A stretch of DNA of 64,000 nucleotides from Eubacteriales bacterium (GCA_045586225.1 JAZMZX010000128.1:95-64094), one strand, 5' to 3'; positions 34,768 through 44,660 are shown, numbered from the stretch's first letter. Notes: generated by a model not told the origin, from the sequence alone. Program-made: numbers and translations.

Positions 34768-37700
34768 ATGGCAAATAACGAGTTTGTTTACATCAGAAAC
34801 GAAAAAGACTGTCATCCCGAAAACGTGTTCGGGCAGTACCGCACGGAGGACTGGGTCAGCGCAGGCCGCTGGCCGCTTATCGAAGGTGTCCCTGCGGGCA
34901 CCTGGGGCGTGCACGAGGATTATAAGACCTATTACAGCTATGCCGAGGGCTCGCCGCTGGCACACACAAAAACCGTTTTCACGGATTTTGACTATCTTAT
35001 CACGGTCCAGTTCACAAGCGAGGGCTGTGCGGATATCGTTTTCCGCATGACGGACGAGAAGAATTACTATTTTCTCAGGCTCGACACTCCGTCACGCTCC
35101 GCCTCCTTTGGCAAATGCGTGAACGGCAGCATCTTCATCGAAAGCACCGTAAGCTTTGAGCTGGAGCTTGTGACCTGCACCCACGTCCGCATCATCGCCG
35201 ACGGCGACCGCATTCTGACAAAGGTGCAAAACGATAAGGAAGCCAGCTATTTCCGCAATGAAAATCCCGGCGTAACCGTTGCCGACGTCAAGGACAGCAC
35301 CTTCCGCAGCGGTGTCTGCGGCATTATCGCAGGCGGCACGGGCGTTTCCTTCAACAACTCCTCCGTCGTTGACATTTCGAAGGACATCGTTATCGAAAAC
35401 GATCTTTTCCACGTTGTCACCGGTGTGTACGGCGAGATCAAATCGCTGAAGCTGAAAAACGAGCCCTACGACACGAACTTCGTCACAAACGAATCCGAGC
35501 ACCGCTACGAGCTGGGAGCAGACCAGTTCCTGGGTGAGATGAAATTCAACTGCACCGTAAACGGCGAGACCTTCGACGTCACCACCGGCAGCTCTGCCGA
35601 CGTGAGGACGGTCCGCAAGCTTACAGACTCCTCAATCGCCGTTGATTACAGCGGGGATTCCGCAGGCAGTCACGGCATCCGCGGAAAGAGCGCATTTTCC
35701 ATTTCCGAAAAATACACACTCGAGGACGATCATTTAAGATTTGACATCACGCTGAAAAACACCTCGGGCACCGACGTGATCTTCAACGACATCTGCCTTC
35801 CCATCTCATGGAACAACCACTGGCAGTTTGAATCGCCCTACGAAAGATACCTTGCGGCAACGGACAATTTTATCTCCTACGACGCATCGTATCTTGTGCT
35901 TGAGCGCGCGATGGGCGGCGGAAACAAGCTCGTGTTCACGCCCGACCCCGCAACAAACACGGCGCTCGAATACCGCAGCCTCCGCTCCACCCAGATCACC
36001 TGGGCAAATCCCCCGGAGCATTATTACATAAAGAGCAAGGCGGCAAACAAGGGCAAGCACAGCTACCTTGAGAGCTCCTCTCTCACGCTGCCCGCAGGGG
36101 AATCGGTAAGCTATTCGTTCCTGCTCCACAAGATCGGCAACGATATGGCGGAGCTCGGAGAGCTTCTCTACCGCGAAGGGCTCCTTGACATAAAGGTGCT
36201 CCCCGGCATGATATTCCCCACGAATATGACCGCCACCGTCAGCATCAGAACAAAGCACCCCGTCTCAAGGCTGACGGCATCCGACCCCGGAGCCGTAGTC
36301 AGATCCGTGAGCGAGGGGAACGACCGCTACGTTTACGAGCTTGAATTCACAAAGCTGGGCAGAAACGACGTTACCATCCACTATGGCAGCGGCAAGCGCG
36401 GAGTGATCCAGTTCTGGACAGAGGAGCCTCTCGACCGCGCCATCAGGCGGAGAGTCGATTTCCTCATTGAAAACTGCCGCATCACAGATGAGAACGACCC
36501 GCACTGCTACAGCTTCCTTGAATGGGATAACGTTTCAAACACCGCAAAGCTCGGCGGAAACAAATGCAGCAACAACGACTTTGAGCAGATGTACGACGGA
36601 CCTGCCTTCATTCTCGAAAAGCAGGTGTACGCTCCCGTTCAAAGCGAGATCACCGTGGTTGACGATTATCTCACGAAGCTTGTGTGGGAGAAGGAAGTGA
36701 TCCACGGCGGCGAATACGACGGCTATCTTTGCCACAAGTGCTGCGAGGGCCGCTGCTGGAGCGATCCCTTCCCTGCAGCCGAGCCCTACCTCTGCACACG
36801 CGGATACAACTATCCGAGAATGTATAATTCCTTCTACTCCATGTATAAAACGGCGAAGCGCTATCCGAAGCTGAAGTATTACTGGGGAGCGGCAGAGTAC
36901 CTTTCCGCAGCGGCACTCATTCTCCGTGCATGCCTGAAGCTGGAGCCCTGGGTCGGTCTTATGGGCGAGCAGACGGTCCCCGACATTATCGACGCGCTGA
37001 AAAAAGAAGGCATGGCTTCCATCGCAGACGAAATATTCGAGCTGTCGATCAACAAATGCGAGACTATGAACAGCCAGGCTTATCCCTTCGGCTCGGAATT
37101 CGGTACAGACAGCACAGGCGAGGAAGGCGCATACTTCTTCTCAAAAATGGGCGGCAACAGGCACGCAATGGACGTTACCATAAACAAATCCGTTGCATGG
37201 ACGGGCAAGGTGCCCGTGTGGTACTGGCAGACAACGGGCAACCGTCAGGACATGGAATGGTGGCTCTTCCAGTACACGGTGGGTCTGCACGGAAGAATAT
37301 TCCACGATTATTATATGAACGTGGTCGAAAACGGCAGCGACGAATGGGCATTCGTTTACCCCTTCAAGCTTTCTCCCTTCGCCCACATCAATTCAGGTCA
37401 GCCCGAATGCATCGGCAAGGTGGGCACAAACTGGGGCAACTATCACTCCTCATTCGTTTACGATTGGGACCACGGCTTCCCCTACAGCGAATCCGCCGAA
37501 TCCGACATTTCTCTCTGGGCAGGACTTCAGCTCCTCTCAGCAGACCTTGTGACCTGCCACCCCACCTTCGGTCTTTCCGCCTGGGGCTGCGAGGTCACCG
37601 AATCCGAAGACGCCTACGGCATCACCCCTCTCGACGGACTGTTCCGCAGGCTCAATATCGTGGATAAAAAGCTTTCGGTAGTCTTTGAAACGGACTCCTA

Positions 37701-37923
37701 TTCCTTCGCCGGAATCGGCAAAAACGGCAGGTCTCTCTCCTTTGAGCTTACGAAGACGGAGGGCACCGACGGCGGATACGTCACCGTCAACGGCCTTGAC
37801 GGCGGCAGCTACCGCATCACCTGCGACGGCGAGGAGCAGGGCATCGTAACCGTCAGCGGCACCGCCGAGATCCGATACACCTTAAAGGGTGAAAAAGGAA
37901 CTCTCGTGATAACAAAAATATAA
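34768..37923 (+). CDS. 1051-aa protein of unknown function with N-terminal concanavalin/LamG-like jelly-roll
   Basis: Single uninterrupted ORF with codon usage like its neighbours and RBS aaggga. The N-terminal ~190 aa (ADIVFRMTDEKNYYFLRLD, IIADGDRILTKV) resemble DUF1080/LamG-type modules. The remaining ~850 aa are not recognised. Confidence 0.6.
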   Translation: MANNEFVYIRNEKDCHPENVFGQYRTEDWVSAGRWPLIEGVPAGTWGVHEDYKTYYSYAEGSPLAHTKTVFTDFDYLITVQFTSEGCADIVFRMTDEKNYYFLRLDTPSRSASFGKCVNGSIFIESTVSFELELVTCTHVRIIADGDRILTKVQNDKEASYFRNENPGVTVADVKDSTFRSGVCGIIAGGTGVSFNNSSVVDISKDIVIENDLFHVVTGVYGEIKSLKLKNEPYDTNFVTNESEHRYELGADQFLGEMKFNCTVNGETFDVTTGSSADVRTVRKLTDSSIAVDYSGDSAGSHGIRGKSAFSISEKYTLEDDHLRFDITLKNTSGTDVIFNDICLPISWNNHWQFESPYERYLAATDNFISYDASYLVLERAMGGGNKLVFTPDPATNTALEYRSLRSTQITWANPPEHYYIKSKAANKGKHSYLESSSLTLPAGESVSYSFLLHKIGNDMAELGELLYREGLLDIKVLPGMIFPTNMTATVSIRTKHPVSRLTASDPGAVVRSVSEGNDRYVYELEFTKLGRNDVTIHYGSGKRGVIQFWTEEPLDRAIRRRVDFLIENCRITDENDPHCYSFLEWDNVSNTAKLGGNKCSNNDFEQMYDGPAFILEKQVYAPVQSEITVVDDYLTKLVWEKEVIHGGEYDGYLCHKCCEGRCWSDPFPAAEPYLCTRGYNYPRMYNSFYSMYKTAKRYPKLKYYWGAAEYLSAAALILRACLKLEPWVGLMGEQTVPDIIDALKKEGMASIADEIFELSINKCETMNSQAYPFGSEFGTDSTGEEGAYFFSKMGGNRHAMDVTINKSVAWTGKVPVWYWQTTGNRQDMEWWLFQYTVGLHGRIFHDYYMNVVENGSDEWAFVYPFKLSPFAHINSGQPECIGKVGTNWGNYHSSFVYDWDHGFPYSESAESDISLWAGLQLLSADLVTCHPTFGLSAWGCEVTESEDAYGITPLDGLFRRLNIVDKKLSVVFETDSYSFAGIGKNGRSLSFELTKTEGTDGGYVTVNGLDGGSYRITCDGEEQGIVTVSGTAEIRYTLKGEKGTLVITKI

Positions 37924-37935
37924 AGGAGCAAGCAT

Positions 37936-38865
37936 ATGAAAAACGGACAGTATTTATACGACACGAACGGAGATCTTCTCCACGCTCACGGCGGCTATAT
38001 CATCCGTCACGGTGAATTCTGGTACTGGTACGGCGAGGACAGAACGGGCGACAATTACGTTTCCTGCTACCGTTCCGCTGACCTGCACACCTGGGAATTC
38101 CGCAACCATATCCTCACCACCAAGAGCAAAACGGAGCCCTACCGCGTGCGCACCGGCCTTAAGCTTACAGCGGACGTTTTCGACCTTATCTCCAAAAAGA
38201 AAAAGGTGAATATCGAGCGCCCCAAGGTGCTTTACTGCGAAAGAACGGGCAAGTTCGTTATGTGGGCGCACTACGAAAACGGCAAGGACTATAACGATGC
38301 CGCCGCCTGCATCGCCACCTGCGACACTCCCGACGGCGATTTCACCTATCACGGCCACTTCAATCCCTACGGATATATGAGCCGCGACTGCACACTCTTC
38401 CTTGACGACGACGGCACCGCATATTTTATCTCTGCCGCGCGCGACAATGCAGACCTTCACGTTTACCGCCTTGCAGACGACTATATGAACGTGGATAAGC
38501 TTGTGAACATCCTCTTCCAGGGTGAATACAGAGAGGCTCCCGCCGTATTCAAGAAAAACGGCAAATACTATATGCTCTCCTCCTTCTGCACGGGCTGGGC
38601 TCCCAATCAGGGCTGCTTCTCCGTGGCAGACTCCATGGACGGAAAATGGTCGCTTCTCGAAAACTTCGGCGACCGCACCACCTTCTATTCTCAGCCCGCC
38701 TTCGTTTTACCCGTTGACGGTGAATTCTACTACGTTGGCGACCGCTGGGGCGATCCCTTCACCCGTCCCTTCGACTACTATAAGTCCACCTACGTGGTGC
38801 TTCCCATTCAGTTCACGGAGGACGGTAAGCCCTATATCGAATGGAACGACAACGCCCCCATATAA
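37936..38865 (+). CDS. Glycoside hydrolase family 43-like five-bladed propeller
   Basis: LLHAHGGYIIRHGEFWYWYGEDR, ERPKVLY, SRDCTLFLDDDGTAYFI and REAPAVFKKNGKYYML. The AHGG...YWYGE signature recalls GH43 exo-beta-1,3-galactanases (subfamily assignment from memory). Confidence 0.7.
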   Translation: MKNGQYLYDTNGDLLHAHGGYIIRHGEFWYWYGEDRTGDNYVSCYRSADLHTWEFRNHILTTKSKTEPYRVRTGLKLTADVFDLISKKKKVNIERPKVLYCERTGKFVMWAHYENGKDYNDAAACIATCDTPDGDFTYHGHFNPYGYMSRDCTLFLDDDGTAYFISAARDNADLHVYRLADDYMNVDKLVNILFQGEYREAPAVFKKNGKYYMLSSFCTGWAPNQGCFSVADSMDGKWSLLENFGDRTTFYSQPAFVLPVDGEFYYVGDRWGDPFTRPFDYYKSTYVVLPIQFTEDGKPYIEWNDNAPI

Positions 38866-38898
38866 AATAAGCCGAGACGGCGCTTTTTGAGGTGAATT

Positions 38899-40665
38899 AT
38901 GAAGATCAGATTTTCGGTGATTCTTTCCCTTGTGCTCTCCCTTATGCTCCTTTTGCCCACGTTCACCGTTTTCGTTTCAGCCGATTCTTACGTAAGTCAG
39001 TCGGCGGCAGGCGAGAGGGTGATACGCGAGGGCGTGCCCGAGCACTGGCAGAGCAAAAAGGGCTACGTGGGCTTCTACACCAAGCACATTATGGTCTACG
39101 GCATCCCCGTGCTCTCCACCGATGACGTTGAGGACTGGATACTGTACCGCGCCTACGACGTGCTTGAGATCTACCTGCGCAAGATATACCTTGAATACCC
39201 CGAGATCATCGCCACGATGATCAAGAACAAGGCAAACGTTATCGTTATCGGTGCTCACGAGTACAACATCGACCACCCCGACTGGACCGCTTCACAGCAG
39301 GCAATGGGCGAGGCAGGCAAAACCGAGCGCCGCGGCGGCGGCGGTCTTGCCACCACCGTTCTTGTGGACGACCTGGGCATACAGGACCCCAACAACTGGT
39401 TCTCCGATTTCTGCGGTCTTATCCATGAGTTCAGCCACACGATGCTCTCCTACGGCATCGGTGACGCAGATAACGCAGGCGCCCGCCCCGACATATACGA
39501 AAAGATCAACACCGCATACGAGGCCGCATACCGCGAATACGTGAAAAACGGCAAGTATAAGGAATCCTCTTACGATATGAACAACTACCACGAGTATTTC
39601 ACAGGTCAGGCAGGCCGTTGGTTCAACGCAAACGGAACAAATCTGAAGGTGAAGCACGTTGCGGAAAAGACGGAGCGCGAGCAGCTGAAGGAATACGACC
39701 CTGCGATTTACGAGGTCTGCGAAATGCTCTTCGGTGAGTATGACGTTATCGCGCCCTGGGGTACCGGCACAGACAGCAAGCTCAACGAAAACGAAACGAT
39801 CGTTGATTATTCTCCTCTGTACGGAGCATTCTCCTCTCTCTCCGCTCTCGATTCCACCATGTTTGAGTCCGGGCACGATAAGCTGGAGACGGCGCTCACC
39901 TCTGCCCGCGATGCTCTCGCATCGGGTACGTTGGATGCAGAGGCTGTTGAAGCTGAGCGAAGAAAGCTTATGAGTGTGCTCTCCGAGCTGACACCTGCCG
40001 AAGGAAACCTCGCATACTTCGCCTCCCCCTCCACCACCTTCGTTTCCGAGTGGGAATCCATCGCCGCCGTGAACGACGGAAAATGGACGAAGAAATCAGG
40101 CGATTCCTCCATCCCCCACTACGGCTCCTGGGGCAACAGAAGCGCCTCCGAAACGGTGACCTACACCTGGTCCGTTCCCGTTACTCTCACCTCCTCGGAC
40201 CTTTACATCTGGACCGACAACTACACCACCAACTCCAACATCGCCATCCCCTCCTCATACCTCTATGAATATCTTGGCGAGGACGGAGAATGGCATGCTG
40301 TGACGGGAGCAGACGATTACTCCGTTCTCAGAGAACGCGAGGGCGGCAAAAAGGCCAATATCGACGGCTTCAACCTGACAAACTTCGACGAGATCACCAC
40401 CACCGCATTCAGAGTGACGCTTTTCAAATCCTCCACCGCCGATTACGGCGTGGGAATCGTTGAGTGGCGCGTTTACGGTGAGTTTGCTGAAATCATTTCC
40501 GAAGCCCCGGAAAGCGACTCCGTTGACACCACCGCACCTGCCGACACCGACGGAGAAGAAAAGGGCGGATGCGGCTCCGCGCTCAGCGCGGTACCCGTGG
40601 TTCTTGCGTTCCTTGCCGCTGCACCTGCCGCGGCAAAGCGACAGAAACCGAAAAAAACCAAATAA
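38899..40665 (+). CDS. Secreted HExxH protein with discoidin/CBM-like domain and C-terminal hydrophobic-basic anchor
   Basis: Signal peptide MKIRFSVILSLVLSLMLLLPTFTVFVSA, putative zinc site LIHEFSHTM and a CBM-like module ending VGIVEWRVYGE. Tail GGCGSALSAVPVVLAFLAAAPAAAKRQKPKKTK. Confidence 0.6.
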   Translation: MKIRFSVILSLVLSLMLLLPTFTVFVSADSYVSQSAAGERVIREGVPEHWQSKKGYVGFYTKHIMVYGIPVLSTDDVEDWILYRAYDVLEIYLRKIYLEYPEIIATMIKNKANVIVIGAHEYNIDHPDWTASQQAMGEAGKTERRGGGGLATTVLVDDLGIQDPNNWFSDFCGLIHEFSHTMLSYGIGDADNAGARPDIYEKINTAYEAAYREYVKNGKYKESSYDMNNYHEYFTGQAGRWFNANGTNLKVKHVAEKTEREQLKEYDPAIYEVCEMLFGEYDVIAPWGTGTDSKLNENETIVDYSPLYGAFSSLSALDSTMFESGHDKLETALTSARDALASGTLDAEAVEAERRKLMSVLSELTPAEGNLAYFASPSTTFVSEWESIAAVNDGKWTKKSGDSSIPHYGSWGNRSASETVTYTWSVPVTLTSSDLYIWTDNYTTNSNIAIPSSYLYEYLGEDGEWHAVTGADDYSVLREREGGKKANIDGFNLTNFDEITTTAFRVTLFKSSTADYGVGIVEWRVYGEFAEIISEAPESDSVDTTAPADTDGEEKGGCGSALSAVPVVLAFLAAAPAAAKRQKPKKTK

Positions 40666-40680
40666 CAAATGCAGAAAAAG

Positions 40681-40716
40681 ATTGCCGACACACAAAATGT
40701 GTCGGCAATTTTTATT
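40681..40716 (+). terminator. Intrinsic terminator of the glycan operon
   Basis: 12-bp stem attgccgacaca / tgtgtcggcaat followed by ttttt. Confidence 0.8.
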
Positions 40717-40746
40717 TATGCCGCCGCCTGCATCCTTCCGCCTCAA

Positions 40747-40775
40747 TTGACACCGCCCCCTTTCGGCGGTATAAT
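40747..40775 (+). promoter_or_regulatory. Perfect consensus sigma-A promoter of the surface-glycopolymer operon
   Basis: TTGACA (40747-40752), 17-nt spacer ccgccccctttcggcgg (itself a ccgcc/ggcgg inverted repeat), TATAAT (40770-40775). Confidence 0.7.
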
Positions 40776-40805
40776 TAGCATAGTATTAAAAATCGGGGTG
40801 TGACG

Positions 40806-42224
40806 ATGAGAGAACAGTTTTCACGTCTCCATCTCGGCGGAAAGGTCTCCGTATTCGTTTTCGTCATCACCGCGATCCAGCCGTTTATGGACGTTATTTC
40901 GTATTTTTGCATAAGCTTCGGCGACGGAAATACTCCGCTTTTCCTCCGCGGACTTTTGCTCACCGCTATTCTCGCGGCAGGCTGCGCGGCTTCGGAAAGC
41001 AAGCGGCTTTACCTCATCATGGCGGCGATGCTGTTTTCCCACGCCGCCCTGCACCTGACGGCAGCCACCATCATATACGGTCTTTCCGTGGAGGAGCTTG
41101 TCTCCGATGCATCCAATCTCATAAGGATATATTCGTTTCCCATAACGGCAGCTTCATTTGTTTCCCTTTTGAAAAGGGAGCCGGAGGCCGTCCGCAGCGC
41201 CGAAAGGGGCGCCCTCTCCGCGCTTTTCGTCATCGTTTTCGTTGAGGCGCTTGCCGTTATCACGGGGACAGACCCGCACTCCTACCCAAACAAGGCTATC
41301 GGGGTGCTCGGCTGGTTTTACTTTGCAAATTCCCAAAGCGCCATTCTTTCGATGCTTTATCCAATCGCGCTGATCTCAGCCCTCACCTGTCGGCGGCGCA
41401 GAGCCTTCGCCGTCACCCTGAGCGCGGGGGGCGCCGCGCTCTTTTTCCTTGCAACGAGGCTTGCGTATTTTTCCCTTGTGTTCACGCTCTCGCTCCTTGC
41501 GGCAGTGTGCCTTTATCTGAGCAAAAGGCGTGGCGCGCCGCTGAAAAAAACGGCTCTCATCCTTGCCGCCGCGCTCTTTTTGTCTGTGGCGGCGCTTCCT
41601 GCCTCACCAATGGCGGAAAACATCAGGCAAACGGGCCAAAATGCCGTGAAAAAGCAGGAGCACATCGATTCTCTTGCCGAGTCAGGCGGCACCCGCGCCG
41701 TGTACGCACACTATCTTCCCGCGCTGGTCGACCGCTTCGGCTTTCGGCGCACCGAAAGCCTCTATGGAGGCTCCACCCGTGTGGACGACGTTTGCGACGT
41801 GAGGCGGATGAAGATAGCATACTGCCGTCTTTTAACGGAGGACTTCCCCGCCGCCGCCATCGCAGGCCACCCAATAAGCGAGATGACTCACGGAGGCAAA
41901 AACCACGACGTTGAAAACGACCTTAACGGTATATTCTACCTGACGGGAGCCTCGGGGCTGTGCCTTCTTTTATCCTTTTTCCTGTATTTCGCTTTTCGCA
42001 TCCTGCGCTTTTTGCTCCGGGACCGGGGAAAGGCAATATCGCTGCGCCGTGCGGCGTATATTTCCTCGCTTCTTTTCGGATGCATGCACGCATACTTCAC
42101 CGCAGGGGTGCTCCGCCGTCCCAATGCAAGCTTTTTCTTAGCGCTCACCCTGGCGCTTATTTATTCCGAAACAAACAAAAGAAACACGAAAGGTACCGCT
42201 TATGATGAAAACGGAAGCTTTTGA
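40806..42224 (+). CDS. O-antigen ligase/polymerase-like polytopic membrane protein (copy 1)
   Basis: At least 10 helices. Wzy_C-like segment NSQSAILSMLYP...TRLAYFS and C-terminal HDVENDLNGIFYLTGASGL. Start is ATG 40806 or GTG 40800. Paralogue of the next gene. Confidence 0.5.
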   Translation: MREQFSRLHLGGKVSVFVFVITAIQPFMDVISYFCISFGDGNTPLFLRGLLLTAILAAGCAASESKRLYLIMAAMLFSHAALHLTAATIIYGLSVEELVSDASNLIRIYSFPITAASFVSLLKREPEAVRSAERGALSALFVIVFVEALAVITGTDPHSYPNKAIGVLGWFYFANSQSAILSMLYPIALISALTCRRRRAFAVTLSAGGAALFFLATRLAYFSLVFTLSLLAAVCLYLSKRRGAPLKKTALILAAALFLSVAALPASPMAENIRQTGQNAVKKQEHIDSLAESGGTRAVYAHYLPALVDRFGFRRTESLYGGSTRVDDVCDVRRMKIAYCRLLTEDFPAAAIAGHPISEMTHGGKNHDVENDLNGIFYLTGASGLCLLLSFFLYFAFRILRFLLRDRGKAISLRRAAYISSLLFGCMHAYFTAGVLRRPNASFFLALTLALIYSETNKRNTKGTAYDENGSF

Positions 42225-43689
42225 ACCGAATACTCTCATAAGGCATTTGCCGCAGGCGGTGTACGTCCTTTTCGTTATCCAGCCCGTGATGGACGTTATC
42301 TCCTATTTCACGGCAAAGCTCGGCGTGTCAAACGCCCCCACCCTTGCCCTCCGCCTTCTCGTGCTCGCTGCCACCGTTTCCGTGGGCTTTGCGGTCTCAA
42401 AAAGAAGAACGATATATTACACCGCCGCCGCGGTGGCTCTCATTATCGGCGCGGGTCACGTATTCGCTTCCCTTCAGTTTGGCTACGCCGACCCCTTCGG
42501 CGACCTGACGAATTACGTCCGCGTGCTGCTCATGCCCTTCACCGCCATCGCTCTCATATCGGCAATGAAGGCAAACAAGGCTGCCTACGAGGCTCTGAAA
42601 AAGGCTATGGTCACAGTGCTCTTCATCATCATTGCCGTGGAGCTTGCCGCCTCCGTCAGCGGCACAGAGCCCCACACCTATGCCGACGGAGAGGGCTTTA
42701 TCGGCTGGTTTGCAAACACAAATTCTCAAAGCGCCATACTCACCGCTGCTGCACCCGTTGCGGTTTTATACGTTTACGAAAAGAAGGGCTGGCGAAGCCT
42801 TCACTTTATTGCCACCCTTATTTTGGCATGCCTTGCGCTCTCTCTTTTCGGCACGCGGCTTTGCTATGCGGGCATGGCGGCAATGACGCTGGGTCTTGCC
42901 GCGTCTATTATCATTATCCGCCCGAAAAACTGCCTCCGTGCCCTTTCATTTATTTTTGCCGCTGTGCTCTTCACGTGCGCGATACCGCTCTCGCCTATGG
43001 TGAGACATCAGACGAAATATAACGATTTTCAGTCGGAGCGGCAGGAAAACGTGGATAACATCCTTTCACGCCCTCCTGCATCCGATACGTCCCAGGAAAG
43101 CGCCCCCGCAGAGCCCGACAGCGGCACCGACACCGCTCCCACGAAAAAAGAGCTTATCGAAAGACTCACTCCCATATATGAGTTTTACGCTGCCGATTTC
43201 GTTGCCATCTTCGGAATTGAAGAAACTATAGAAATGTTCGATTACACCAGCGACATTTATAAGATCACGGCAACGCGCCCGAAAAAGCTTATTTTCGCTC
43301 AGCTTCTGATGGAAAACTCTCCGCCCTCCTCTCTCTTTTTCGGCATTGAGCTTTCAAGATTCACAGTGGACGACGCAATATACGACGTTGAAAACGATCT
43401 GCACGGCATCTACTATCTTTACGGTGCCGTGGGTCTTGCCGCCATGCTTGCCTTCATCGGATATTTCATTTATCTCATAGGGGAAGCCCTCGTCCGCGAC
43501 AGAAGGCGCTACTTCACACTTGATGCTGCCGCCTGGGGCATTTCCCTCGTTATGTGTCTCGGCCACGTATACTGCACCGCAGGCGTGCTGCGCCGACCGG
43601 GCGCATCCGTTTACCTTGCCGCCATCCTCGCCGCCGTTTACTTTCTGACGCGGATCGCGGATAAAGAAGAAACGGAGGCAGTCCGATGA
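42202..43689 (+). CDS. O-antigen ligase/polymerase-like polytopic membrane protein (copy 2)
   Basis: Shares IQPVMDVISYF, NSQSAILTAAAP, TRLCYAG, YDVENDLHGIYYLYGAVGL and GVLRRPGAS with copy 1. Has an extra Ser/Asp/Thr-rich loop. Confidence 0.5.
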   Translation: MMKTEAFEPNTLIRHLPQAVYVLFVIQPVMDVISYFTAKLGVSNAPTLALRLLVLAATVSVGFAVSKRRTIYYTAAAVALIIGAGHVFASLQFGYADPFGDLTNYVRVLLMPFTAIALISAMKANKAAYEALKKAMVTVLFIIIAVELAASVSGTEPHTYADGEGFIGWFANTNSQSAILTAAAPVAVLYVYEKKGWRSLHFIATLILACLALSLFGTRLCYAGMAAMTLGLAASIIIIRPKNCLRALSFIFAAVLFTCAIPLSPMVRHQTKYNDFQSERQENVDNILSRPPASDTSQESAPAEPDSGTDTAPTKKELIERLTPIYEFYAADFVAIFGIEETIEMFDYTSDIYKITATRPKKLIFAQLLMENSPPSSLFFGIELSRFTVDDAIYDVENDLHGIYYLYGAVGLAAMLAFIGYFIYLIGEALVRDRRRYFTLDAAAWGISLVMCLGHVYCTAGVLRRPGASVYLAAILAAVYFLTRIADKEETEAVR

Positions 43690-44660
43690 GATTTTCCGTT
43701 ATCGTCCCCGTTTATAACACGGCTTCATATCTGCCCCTTGCCATAGATTCCGTTCTTGCAAACGACACCTCATCGGCTGAGGTCATCATCGTTGACGACG
43801 GCTCCACAGACTCCCTTTGCCCCGCCATTTGCGACGGATATGCAGAAAGGCATCCCGACCTCGTCCGCGTTATACATCAGGAAAACAGAGGCCTCGGCGG
43901 CGCGCGGAACAGCGGCCTTGAGGCAGCCCGCGGCGACTACGTTATTTTCCTTGATTCCGACGACGAGCTTGCGCCTGATGCGCTGGCAAGGCTCGCCGCC
44001 GCCATTGACGAAGCCGAAGCAGACGTGATCATTTTCGGAATGGCGAAGCTTCTTCCCGACGGCACCCGCCGTCCCGTGGAGGATATTCACCTTCCCGCGG
44101 GCACGTTCACAGCAGAGTCTGTGCCCGAAGTGCTCACCTCCCTTCCCGGTGCCTGCAATAAGGCATGGCGCCGAGAGCTTTTCTCATCTTCGGGCATATC
44201 ATTCCCTCCGCGCGCTCTATACGAGGACCTGCGCACCACGCCGAAGCTCCTTGCTTTATCCGGATCCGCAGCCGCTATCGGCGATCACCTGTATCTTTAC
44301 AGAGAGCGGGAGGGCTCCATTATGAGCTCTGCCTCCCTTTCAAGAGCCCACGAGATCATCGACGCATTCGACGACCTGCTCCGCTGGTTTTCCCGCCGCT
44401 CACTTTCGGAAAGGTATGCCGCCGAGCTTGAAAAGCTCTCCATCGACCATCTTCTCATTGCCGCCACCGTCCGCGTGGCAAGGTGCGACCCGCGCTCGCC
44501 GCTGCTTTTAAGGCTGCGGGAATACATGCAAAAGCACTTTCCCGGATACAGAAGCAATCCCTATATCTCCTCGCTCCCCCGACGCCGCAGGCTGATACTC
44601 CGGCTGGCGGAGCACAAGCGCTACAGACTGATAAAGCTTATCTTTGACCTGAAAGGATAA
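43686..44660 (+). CDS. Family 2 glycosyltransferase
   Basis: FSVIVPVYNTASYL, VIIVDDGSTDS and LDSDDEL (DxD) motifs. ATGA overlap with the upstream gene. Confidence 0.85.
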   Translation: MRFSVIVPVYNTASYLPLAIDSVLANDTSSAEVIIVDDGSTDSLCPAICDGYAERHPDLVRVIHQENRGLGGARNSGLEAARGDYVIFLDSDDELAPDALARLAAAIDEAEADVIIFGMAKLLPDGTRRPVEDIHLPAGTFTAESVPEVLTSLPGACNKAWRRELFSSSGISFPPRALYEDLRTTPKLLALSGSAAAIGDHLYLYREREGSIMSSASLSRAHEIIDAFDDLLRWFSRRSLSERYAAELEKLSIDHLLIAATVRVARCDPRSPLLLRLREYMQKHFPGYRSNPYISSLPRRRRLILRLAEHKRYRLIKLIFDLKG

